A stretch of DNA of 64,000 nt from NCBI GenBank assembly GCA_002245135.1, contig NGBS01000015.1, positions 1 through 64,000 of the forward strand. The letters run 5' to 3'. The DNA comes from Proteromonas lacertae (taxonomy: Eukaryota). The translations under genes and the position numbers were made by a program. Of this stretch, positions 14,028 through 23,987 are shown in pieces. Below the pieces are notes generated by a model. The model was not told the origin of the DNA and made no database searches. It saw only the letters and a program-made list of their open reading frames with translations. Within the stretch, counting starts at the first letter, position 1. Every line of letters starts with the position of its first letter.

Positions 14028-14679
14028 ATGTTTTTTAATTTCAAGTCAACCATATTCCTGTTATATATAATAACTATCTGTAATGCAGAATTGATACTCC
14101 CAAAACGTGAAAAAAAGGATGTTGATGATAGAGAAATAAAACAAGCAGCAAATGTATAAAGAGAATGTTTATATAATGTTAGTTTGCTCTCGAACAACTT
14201 AAAATGACTTCAGAAACTGGAATATATGAGACAATTGCCATTACAGAAATTATTACAGCATTTATTCAAGTATTATTAAATATAGAATATATGGTTATTA
14301 GGAAGGTCCAAGATACAGAGATATAATTTTAACAGTTAGATTAGATAGTCCATACTTAAAGAACCCTGAAACTAAGACATATTACGAAATAATAGTGTTT
14401 AAAGGTAAGTATGATTATGCTGGTTGGTCAATAGATGAATTTCCTGTAATGAAAGAAGATGCAGTAGAAGAATTTTACATAGAGAAAGTAAGAAAAGAAA
14501 CAAAGAAAAGAGAAAATTATTTAAAAGAGTTGATTGATTCAAATGAAGAAATACCAGATATAGATAAATATTGGGTAGAATTTCCACCGGTAAGTGAAGA
14601 ACAGTATCGTAGACTAAAACAAGAAGAAGATCATGAGCTTGAAACAATAAGAAATGATATGGAAAACTATGAGTTATAA
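14028..14679 (+). CDS. Secreted protein, possibly cystatin-like fold
   Basis: Spliced reading: signal peptide, DDREIKQAANFALEQL, ITEIITAFIQEG, IILTVRL, joining the 14395 ORF across two mini-introns. Confidence 0.55.
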
Positions 14680-14869
14680 GTATAGAATTAAATCTTACTT
14701 TTTTATTTATTTTTTTAATTACAAGTGTTATATATTGGTTTTAATTTAAAAATAAAATATTATTAAAATGTAAAATAGATAAATAAATAATGATAAATAA
14801 ATGATTTATCTAAATCTAGTCTGATTGTTTGAATCAACAAATATAATATTCAATAGTTTCTTAATTCTT

Positions 14870-16027
14870 TCAATCATTTCCAATAATCACGTCCTCTCTA
14901 ACATCAGGAGGTTGTATAGTCCAATTTGACTGACATTGTTCATAATTCACACTTTTTATCCTTCTAGTATGTCTTACATGACCAACTTCTACAGGTAACA
15001 CACATCCTCTTAATTTACTACTTCCATCACCAACTACATGAATATCAACTTCATATAACATCGAAGGTTTCGTATAAACATTCTTTATCACATATCCTGG
15101 CTTTAATATACAATATTCCCTGTATTTAAATATATCAGAATCGTGGATATCTGTTATTAATCTATCTTCTTTATTATATACTTCCTGATGGTAAAAGAAT
15201 GATCTAAAGGTATAATAGTGATTATGTAATTTATCATAATTATATAAAGTGTTTAAAATATTCTTTCCTTCATTTGGCCAGATTATTTCATCTAAATCGC
15301 TGAATATTATGTTCTTTGATATTTTCATATTTCTATATAAACAATCATCATTTTTAAATACTTGACCAAATCCCTGATACTTGATAAGTGGGTTAAATTC
15401 AATTGTATTATTCCATGTTATGATTTCTGTAATATTTAAATTTTCATAATATTTCAATACTTTATCAACTTCGCTGGATACTGATGTTTTGTATATTGTA
15501 AAATGATTCACTCCAAAGTATCTATAAGATTCAATTGTCTGTATTAATCTATTAGCCGCTGTATAATTCACCATTTTGCAAAAACATACACTTAATTTAT
15601 ATTTGGGTTTACCATTGTATGCATATGATATAGGTATTTGTTTTCCGTTTAAATACAGTTTCTTTGGATAGTTTATGTAATTCACTTTTACTATAACGTG
15701 AGAATGTGGTTTATCATTGATTTTGTATGATACAAAACGATATGTACAGTCTGCAGAGAAACTTTTGAACTCTAATCTGCATGACATATTCGGAAATGAG
15801 TTTTCTGAATTAATAAACACTCTTACAGCCATAATTCTTTTATCATAATATGCGTTTATTACATACACATTCGGAAATAGCTCTATTGATAGTAATTTAT
15901 CCGATAGTTTTGATCTGTAAGTCCTTACCATCATAAAATATTTGGGTAAAAATAAATAAATAAGTCCTAATATGCCTAAAATATACGTAACTCCAATAGT
16001 TATAATAGTAGTATAGCTCACATTCAT
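14870..16027 (-). CDS. Glycosyltransferase, GT92/DUF23-like
   Basis: N-terminal TM; LSVCF, IESYRYFGVNHFTIY, GQVFKNDDCLYR and DxD motif FSDLDEIIWP. Confidence 0.8.
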   Translation of the reverse strand: MNVSYTTIITIGVTYILGILGLIYLFLPKYFMMVRTYRSKLSDKLLSIELFPNVYVINAYYDKRIMAVRVFINSENSFPNMSCRLEFKSFSADCTYRFVSYKINDKPHSHVIVKVNYINYPKKLYLNGKQIPISYAYNGKPKYKLSVCFCKMVNYTAANRLIQTIESYRYFGVNHFTIYKTSVSSEVDKVLKYYENLNITEIITWNNTIEFNPLIKYQGFGQVFKNDDCLYRNMKISKNIIFSDLDEIIWPNEGKNILNTLYNYDKLHNHYYTFRSFFYHQEVYNKEDRLITDIHDSDIFKYREYCILKPGYVIKNVYTKPSMLYEVDIHVVGDGSSKLRGCVLPVEVGHVRHTRRIKSVNYEQCQSNWTIQPPDVREDVIIGND

Positions 16028-16094
16028 CTATTTGCTTTGATCTTTAGTTAAATACAAAAAATAGAAACGAATATATTTTAATAACGATTCAAAA

Positions 16095-16737
16095 ATGTCA
16101 TTCGTAAATATTGATCAGCTGGCTTATTCTAAGGCAATTCTACACTGTTGTAAGTACACCTCTGAGTTCGTGTGTGGAGTGCTGACTGGAACTCAAGAAA
16201 AAGAGAACATTATGATAAATGACTCATTCCCTCTGTTTCATCGTAATTTACTTCCAAGCTCCCTTAGAAACGGCCTTTTCAATGGTATTATAAGTTTTAT
16301 AGTTTTTAGATCGAAAATTACTTAAAAGAGAGTGAAGGAAACGTAGCAATTGTTGGATTTTACTATGCAAACGAATTATTTATTGATACTCAAATACCTA
16401 AAAGTGTACTATCTGTGATGGCAACCATTGAAACTCATTTCCCAAAAGCTATTTTGATGCAAGTATGGATAGTGTTGTTATATTTTCATAGATTGTGAAT
16501 TCTGAATTGAATGATCCAAAATGTTCAGCAATTCATTGTTATTCAAAACGAGGAGGAAACTGGTGTGATATTGAACAAGATAAAGTAGAAATATCTGAAG
16601 AAACCATAGAATGTGCAAATATGTTGTTGTATCATGAACGATTTACTGATTTGATTGATTTTGATGATCATTTGAACAATATTGAGTTAGATTGGAGAAA
16701 TATTGACTTAATATCGTTCATATCACCCTTAAATTAA
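16095..16737 (+). CDS. EMC8: ER membrane complex subunit 8/9 (UPF0172)
   Basis: AYSKAILHCCKY, VCGVL, DSFPLFH, IVGFYYAN, LIDFDDHLNNIELDWRN; two mini-introns. Confidence 0.88.
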
Positions 16738-16889
16738 TATAAAATCCGCATAAATTATATGTTTAACTTAATGTATTTTTCAAGATAATAAACAAAAGAA
16801 ACATAATATTAACATAATATAAAGCAGGATTTATTCTTTTGAAAAACTGAATAAATAAACATGTACATTTTTACACATAAACAATAATT

Positions 16890-18790
16890 CTATTTCTTCT
16901 CACTAAATTTAATATCCGGTGTTTTATGACGAGGATTAGGTGGTGATAATGAAGATGGATTTGTCATATATACTGATTTAGACTTAATAATAGAAGGAAC
17001 AATTAACTCTTTACTCATATTCCAAGTATCATCAACTGCTTGTTGTGTAACATTTGTAGTACTACAACATTCTGTAGCAGCTCTTTGTCGCCTTTTATTA
17101 ATACTTTTTGAATGCTTGTATTTACTACTTGAATAACGACTTAACAAATGTTTGCTGTTGTTGTAATTGTTGTTGTTGCTGTTGTTGTTGTTGTTCATAT
17201 TTTCTCTTTCTATAAAACATTGACATTGAATTCTTTCGTTTATTAAAAGCATTATTGTTATTCATTTCACTTGGACTAAGCGCATTTGAACGTACTATCA
17301 GTTGAACCAGTATAATCATAATAATGAGGTAAAATCAATTGGAAAAAGCAAGTAACAATCATAGAGAATGATATATTGGATATATAAAGTGGATAATGAC
17401 TATCAATTCTTATAACACTAAATCCAACACCAAATACAAGTGTAATTAATAACATACACAATGGTCCTTTCACAGTAAGAGTGTAAGTGTGTAAGAAACA
17501 AAGAACTAATACCTAATTTTATGTAATTCAAACCTGCAATTATTAACAAAATACCAACAATCGGGAGAGGAGTGTATTGAAAGAATGACATTATTGCTGG
17601 AAATAATGAAATAATTATTTGAAATATGGAATATATAATGATTGGTGCATATGTAATTGAAGTAGAATGAGTTAGATGAGTTATAAATGGTGAAATTGTC
17701 AGTGGTGTAATACCAAAAAATGAACTGATTATTGTGTAAATTCCTTGAATTATTAAATACTTTATATATTTTTCTTTTGATATTGTTTTTGTACCTTTTA
17801 CTTTACTTGGAAGAAAATTTGAAATATTATCAATTTCAGAGAGTAATGATAAAGGCATAATCACAAAAAATGGTTTGACTTTCCATTTGAATAAACAGGA
17901 AATTACTTTTATCGAATCTTTATTATATCCAATTACCTTAAGATTTTTAGACCAATCCGTGTTAATTACTGTATTTGAATATTTATGATCAAATATGTAA
18001 AATAATAAACATATTATATATCCAATAACATACAACCAAATTGGAATATATCTAACAATAACTTGCAATGTAAAACCACTTGAAAATGCTAATAATAAAA
18101 ACAAGATTAGTAATATAGAAATATGTTTAGATTGTACTGTCGCTCTAAATGGATTATATCCGTTTATCATTAGTGCATATAAGCTGATTGTACAACCTAC
18201 AGAAAAACATAAACCTGATAATATTTCGGATTGAAAAAATTGATTGTAATTGAATTTGACATACTTTATAAACAATGCTAATATAAATAGTAATACTCCA
18301 GAAACTAATACTCCTAACTTTATCTCGGCCATTGCCTCATAAAAACCATCATCCACAATATTTTTAGGATAGTCTGAAAATTGATTATGTTTTACATTAT
18401 TAAATATTGTTTTGTAAAGTGTCGAATTAAAATCACTCTCTGATATGTGGTCAAATATGTATTTCGACTGTTCTTCAAGTAACAATTCTCTCATGGCAAA
18501 ACTATATACTATATTAGGTGCATAACTAATAGCAAAAGGAAAATGTAAAGCTTTTATTGACACAATGTTATATATTCCCGAAAACAAGAATGTAAACGAA
18601 CTATTTTGCGGCAATAGAAAATGTGATGTTGAATAAGCTACTAATATCATCAAAAATAATTTTATTGAGTCAATGTATGCTAGTTTATTATATCTATAAT
18701 TATACTCTGAAGTTGACCAAAATACTTCATTTTTATTAGTACTGGATCTGTTGGTACAACAATGATATTACTTCTACGTGTTTCACTCAT
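16890..18790 (-). CDS. Polytopic membrane transporter (SLC26/NCS2-like, tentative) with Asn-rich tail
   Basis: Many hydrophobic segments, QGIYTIISSFFGITP and TPLPIVGILLIIAGL; ORF split by introns or frameshifts. Confidence 0.55.
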
Positions 18791-19002
18791 TCTAGTGAGA
18801 TAAATAGAAAAACGATAGAAATGTTCAAAACGAATAGTTTTCAGTAACTGTACAAAATGTATTTTTTTCTTTATTTTTAATCAACCAAATACAATATATA
18901 TATTATAAATAAATAAATAAATAAAACTTTACTTCACTTAACTCTTGACAAATCTATAACATTAATAATAATATAATAACAAATCAAATAAAGATTAGTA
19001 TT

Positions 19003-19092
19003 TATAATCAGAGTTTAGGTAATAATCAAGTATATTTTCAAAAGGGTAGAGAAAATATTCATTCTAGAGGTACTAAAAACTCATCAATTTAT
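19003..19092 (-). ncRNA. Box C/D snoRNA; D' guide snR48-like (LSU CUAGAGGU), D guide possibly snR62/U34-like
   Basis: C TGATGA, D' ATGA, C' TGATTA, D CTGA; guides GTACCTCTAG and TTACCTAAAC. Confidence 0.75.
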
Positions 19093-19107
19093 AAAATAAT
19101 ATTATAG

Positions 19108-19178
19108 TAAATCAGACTTAAAAAGCTCGATGAAAACGATCATGGTTTTATCACGTTCAATTAAGAGTCATCACAGTT
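19108..19178 (-). ncRNA. Box C/D snoRNA, snR47/U36 homologue
   Basis: C GTGATGA, D CTGA; D guide antisense to SSU UUAAAAAGCUCG (+5 = yeast Am619 site); D' guide antisense to LSU-like UUCAAUUAAG (Am2220 site), the same target pair as snR47. Confidence 0.9.
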
Positions 19179-19201
19179 ATATATATATATATATATATCA
19201 T

Positions 19202-19273
19202 GAGCTTAGACAGCCAAGGGGTTGTCTTCACTAGTAATTCAGAGACTCTAGTCTAGTGTTGTCATCATTGCTC
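19202..19273 (-). ncRNA. Box C/D snoRNA, double guide for U52/snR78 and U53 sites
   Basis: Terminal stem GAGC/GCTC, C ATGATGA, D' CTGA, C' TGAAGA, D CTAA; guides antisense to LSU GACUCUAGU and ACAGCCAAGGG. Confidence 0.9.
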
Positions 19274-19320
19274 TTAATGATATATATACATATTAATATG
19301 AGGATAATAGATATATATAT

Positions 19321-19396
19321 AATAATCAGTGCAAAAGTTCACATCATTATTAATTTATCAGATGTCCCTATTTTTGCTTAAAAATCCTCATATATT
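19321..19396 (-). ncRNA. Box C/D snoRNA, snR64/U74-like
   Basis: C ATGAGGA, D' CTGA, C' ATGATGT, D CTGA; D' guide antisense to LSU UGUCCCUAU (+5 = yeast Cm2337 site). Confidence 0.82.
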
Positions 19397-19542
19397 ATAA
19401 AAGAATAGATAGTGTATAAAGTAATAATAATAATATATACCTTTCTAACTTCTCATTATTTCAATGTAATTCATTTAACATATCTACTATAATATAATTA
19501 AATAAATAATAATAGATTTAATAGAGTTTAATAATAATAATA

Positions 19543-19622
19543 TTGATCAGTGCAAGGATGATCGTTTTCCTCTTTCATTAATATTCAGAGAGATTCCTAT
19601 TGATTTTGTTCATCATAATCAA
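19543..19622 (-). ncRNA. Box C/D snoRNA, U79-like LSU guide plus U6 snRNA guide
   Basis: C ATGATGA, D' CTGA, D CTGA; D' guide antisense to LSU GAGAUUCC; D guide TCATCCTTGC antisense to U6 GCAAGGAUGA. Confidence 0.88.
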
Positions 19623-19651
19623 ATATTATTAATACACAATATATATATATA

Positions 19652-19740
19652 TAATTATTTATCAGAAGGAAGGCAGCGTTTCGTGTAAGATTTCATTATA
19701 TATATCAAGACGAAACATTTATAACATCATCAAATAATTA
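19652..19740 (-). ncRNA. Box C/D snoRNA, snR52/U83-like SSU guide
   Basis: Terminal stem TAATTATT/AATAATTA, C TGATGA, D CTGA; 12-nt guide antisense to SSU AAGGAAGGCAGC (+5 = yeast Am420 site). Confidence 0.9.
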
Positions 19741-19754
19741 TATATAAAAGTAGT

Positions 19755-19832
19755 ATCTATCTCAGAGATCTTGGTGATATTTTTGTCGTCATATATTATC
19801 AAGAGTAGCAAATATAGAAATCATCGATAGAT
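19755..19832 (-). ncRNA. Box C/D snoRNA U24/snR24 homologue
   Basis: Stem ATCTATC/GATAGAT, C CGATGA, D' TTGA, C' TGACGA, D CTGA; guides antisense to LSU AGAUCUUGGUG (Cm1437 site) and AGUAGCAAAUAU (Am1449 site). Confidence 0.92.
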
Positions 19833-19992
19833 ATTATATATGATTAACAGAATTAAGAAAATTGGAGTTTATATTTATACCTTTCTATTCTCTCCTGTTA
19901 GTTTATCATACCGTTAATTATCATAACCTATAACAAAATATAAATATAAATTCATAATTAAGAAAATGAAGATTTATAAATAATAACTATAT

Positions 19993-20069
19993 AATGAATT
20001 CCTCATAGAATACAAAACGCTTTTCATATAATTTCAAAGGTGTCCAAAGTTAAGATCATTGGTTTCATT
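19993..20069 (-). ncRNA. Box C/D snoRNA snR67/U31 homologue
   Basis: Degenerate C ATGATCT, D' TTGA, D ATGA; guides antisense to LSU AGGUGUCC (Gm2619 site) and GAAUACAAA (Um2724 site), the same pair as yeast snR67. Confidence 0.85.
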
Positions 20070-20099
20070 AATAGCAATATATAGATAATAATATTAAAC

Positions 20100-20199
20100 G
20101 TGGTCATTATCACCAAGACTGGCAAGACTTAGTGATATAAAGGTGTGTATGAAATCAGCGTCGATCATACGGGGTAAGAAGACAAATATATCATTCCAC
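20100..20199 (-). ncRNA. Box C/D snoRNA snR190/SNORD12-like, copy B
   Basis: Stem GTGG/CCAC; D' guide GTCTTCTTACCCCG antisense to LSU CGGGG(A/U)AAGAAGAC; hairpin displaying loop TCTTGCCAGT; D ATGA. Confidence 0.85.
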
Positions 20200-20245
20200 A
20201 TTTAATATTATATATAAATAAGTAATATAAATAAGTGTATATAGT

Positions 20246-20348
20246 TCATGGTCCATCGGTAGTATCACTGGCAAGAGATACTACCCTTACAAAGATTGAA
20301 ATCAGCTTCAATCATACGGGGTAAGAAGACAATATCGTCATACCATGA
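20246..20348 (-). ncRNA. Box C/D snoRNA snR190/SNORD12-like, copy A
   Basis: Stem TCATGG/CCATGA, C ATGACGA, same D' guide; perfect 9-bp hairpin GGTAGTATC/GATACTACC with the same 10-nt loop. Confidence 0.85.
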
Positions 20349-20761
20349 TAGTAAGTAATATAGTATATAATATACATGAATCAATGATGAATATTGGTCA
20401 AATCATGAATAATCTTCAAAATGCAAAAATGAAGATGAAGTTTGTGATTGGATCAAATCATGTTCTGCATTTTTATTTGATAGAATATTTTCATTGTTCT
20501 ATTCTTCTTTTCATCTCTTCATCTAAAGAATAATGATTTTGTATTTTATTTATATTTTTGATATAACATTTCTGTTTACTTGTTGTTTTAATCACTTTAG
20601 TTATTCTATTTCTATTTTTTTCTAAAATTCAAATTCAGTTCAGCAAGAATAACAATAGAAAGTGTATTAATTACATATTCTAGATGTAAATACAAGCACA
20701 ATCAAAAAAATAAAATATGTTCGGCTTGACAGTTTTTTAAATAAATCCGTCTTTTCTTCTG

Positions 20762-22631
20762 ATGAAGCGAATCTGTCTTTGTTTTGTTGTGCTTATCACT
20801 GCAAATATACTATGTCGTATCTATTTTTGTTGTCTATTTGATAGTTTTTTACATAATTACATATTTTTGGTTGCAAGTATCGAATTCACAAATAAATGGA
20901 AATAATACAAATGAAATAATTGATAGAAAACCAATACTACTATCTGATGATTCAAATAATGTAAATCATGGTGATAATAACAAAAAGTCATTATATAATA
21001 TAAATGAAATAGTTCCAACCCAAAATTCAAAACACTTAAGAAATGAAGATATAGAAAAATCAGAACCACCAACAACAAAACCTCCAAATTCTCAAACAGA
21101 ACCACCTAACCCAACAACCCTATTACCAACAGTTTATAACAATCAAAAATCTCAAAATGATATAAAATTTTCAAGAACAAATACATCCGCATTGCCAATA
21201 TACATAATTAAGCTCTATGAGAATAAATCACCTCATCAAGATTATCCTGCTGTTGGTACATACAATATAGACACGCAATACAAAAGAGCCATAGTATTTA
21301 TCGCATTCAGAAGATGTGCAATATTTGAAAAAGTATTTCAATCATACAAATCTTTACCACTTTTTCCCTATTTTGATGTAATTATATCCGTTGAAACTAA
21401 CCGTAATAAAACCATCAGTTGTATGAAAAACCTAATCAATCGATATCAGAATGAAAATGGTAATATAATAACATTAATATTTCAACACAATTATACCTAT
21501 TATTCTAAACGAAAATTACGAACTGGACCTCCACGAATCACTCATCATTATTACTATTTATTACATACATTATTTAATTGTTATAATTATGATTATTTAT
21601 ATATTGCTGAAGATGATATTAAAGCCACAGATGATACTTTAGACTATATAATGCAAGCAGAATACCTATTAAGAGAAGATCAATCATTATTCTGTATAAA
21701 CACATTCAATCGTCAAGCTAAACAAGGATTGGTACAGAATTCAAAAAGATTATTTCGTACAGATATGAATGTGGGATGGGGATGGGTGCTCGGAAAAGAT
21801 AAGGGAAAAGATTTAATAAAAAAATGGCCGTTACATAATAAGTTATATATATGGGATAATTGGGTGTTAATGTATATGGATATAATGAACTATGAGTGTA
21901 TATCACCAGAGATACCAAGATCTATTCATATTGGTAAAAAAGGAACTACAATGAATAGGAAAACTTATGAAAAAGAGGCTGTAAGAGTGTATAGTGAAGA
22001 AAAGAGTGGATTTAATTTTGGTGATTTATCTTATCTATTACAAGATAATTATGAAGAATATATGAAGTCTTTATTTGTGAATGGAAAGATTATTAATTAT
22101 AATGACTTAGATTTGAATAGATTTGGTAATGATAAAACTTATATTTTACCATACTATTTATCAGATTATCCTACAATTAATAAAGTAATTCAAACTAGCC
22201 ATATCCCTAGAGATAAACATAAAGGTACTTATGTATTTTATGGTAAAGATTGGAAGTTAATTATAGCTGAAAGAAGCTTATCTCCTTATCTACCTGATAA
22301 TCAGAAATTGAAGTTGAAAAATAATACTGAACTTATTGTAGGTGCTAAAGGAGATGATTGTGATAAGACGTGTGGTAATTATCGTAAAGGGAAAACAAGA
22401 TATAAATGTGATGTGTTGTCGCTGATTGTAATTAGTCGACCACACATCGCTGGTAAATATTTAGATTGTCCCTGTTATTTTTATGATGCTTCTTTCACTT
22501 CCCCGTCATTATTAGGAAGTAATTCGGGTACTGGCGGTGATGGTTGTTGCTTGATCGGTAATGATGCTAATTTCAAATGTGATGGTAAGCACAAGTCTTC
22601 AACAAGATTATGCCCTTGTTTGCCGATTTAA
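20762..22631 (+). CDS. GT13 (GnT-I/POMGnT1-like) glycosyltransferase with Cys-rich C-terminus
   Basis: Type II TM, P/T-rich stem, RITHHY, IAEDDI, GWGW, WDNW, ECISPEIPRSIHIG; start inferred at ATG 20762 with a mini-intron. Confidence 0.85.
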
Positions 22632-22735
22632 GAAATTTTTCGGTGTTCATTTAGAATATGTGACAAACACATGTAAATTATTGTTTTTTATCATTTATTA
22701 TCGATTGTTTTTGCTTATTTTGAATATAATAATTT

Positions 22736-22744
22736 GACCAATCA
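22736..22744 (+). promoter_or_regulatory. CCAAT box upstream of GAPDH
   Basis: GACCAATCA about 95 nt before the ATG; matches the NF-Y consensus but is short. Confidence 0.35.
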
Positions 22745-22810
22745 AAACAGCCATTCGTTGAATTACATCCTTCGTCATTTTTATTCGTTACACGCATCTT
22801 ATTCTTTTAA

Positions 22811-23879
<1,069 letters not shown>

Positions 23880-23987
23880 ATTAATTAATCCATAGTAAAC
23901 TACACAAAATTATGTTGTTTTGGGGGGATTAAATAAATTAATGTAATAAAAACACTACTTGATAAATAAATAAAACGTAAATTACTC

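Larger units (their letters stand above)
18900..20620 (-). ncRNA. Putative non-coding spliced snoRNA host gene
   Basis: Exon-like blocks 20522-20376, 19927-19881, 19486-19441 and from 18953, bounded by TAG| and |GTAT sites; spliced product has only short ORFs; introns hold ten C/D snoRNAs. Ends are approximate. Confidence 0.65.

Noticed and set aside
17155..17195. Poly-Gln ORF 17125-17319 over an (AAC)n tract
   Set aside because: Alternative frame of the Asn-rich transporter tail; simple microsatellite.
19708..19720. Possible D' guide in the snR52-like snoRNA
   Set aside because: It pairs internally with 19677-19685, so it looks structural.
20151..20332. 35-nt direct repeat, read as a CRISPR-like repeat or a repeated peptide (KSASIIRGKKT)
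   Set aside because: Only two copies in eukaryotic DNA; explained as the shared guide, D' and C' region of two snR190-like snoRNAs.
20345..20533. 62-aa plus-strand ORF, and plus-strand ATGATGA at 20384 as another snoRNA
   Set aside because: No recognisable protein, no matching box D or guide; it lies antisense to the host-gene exon.
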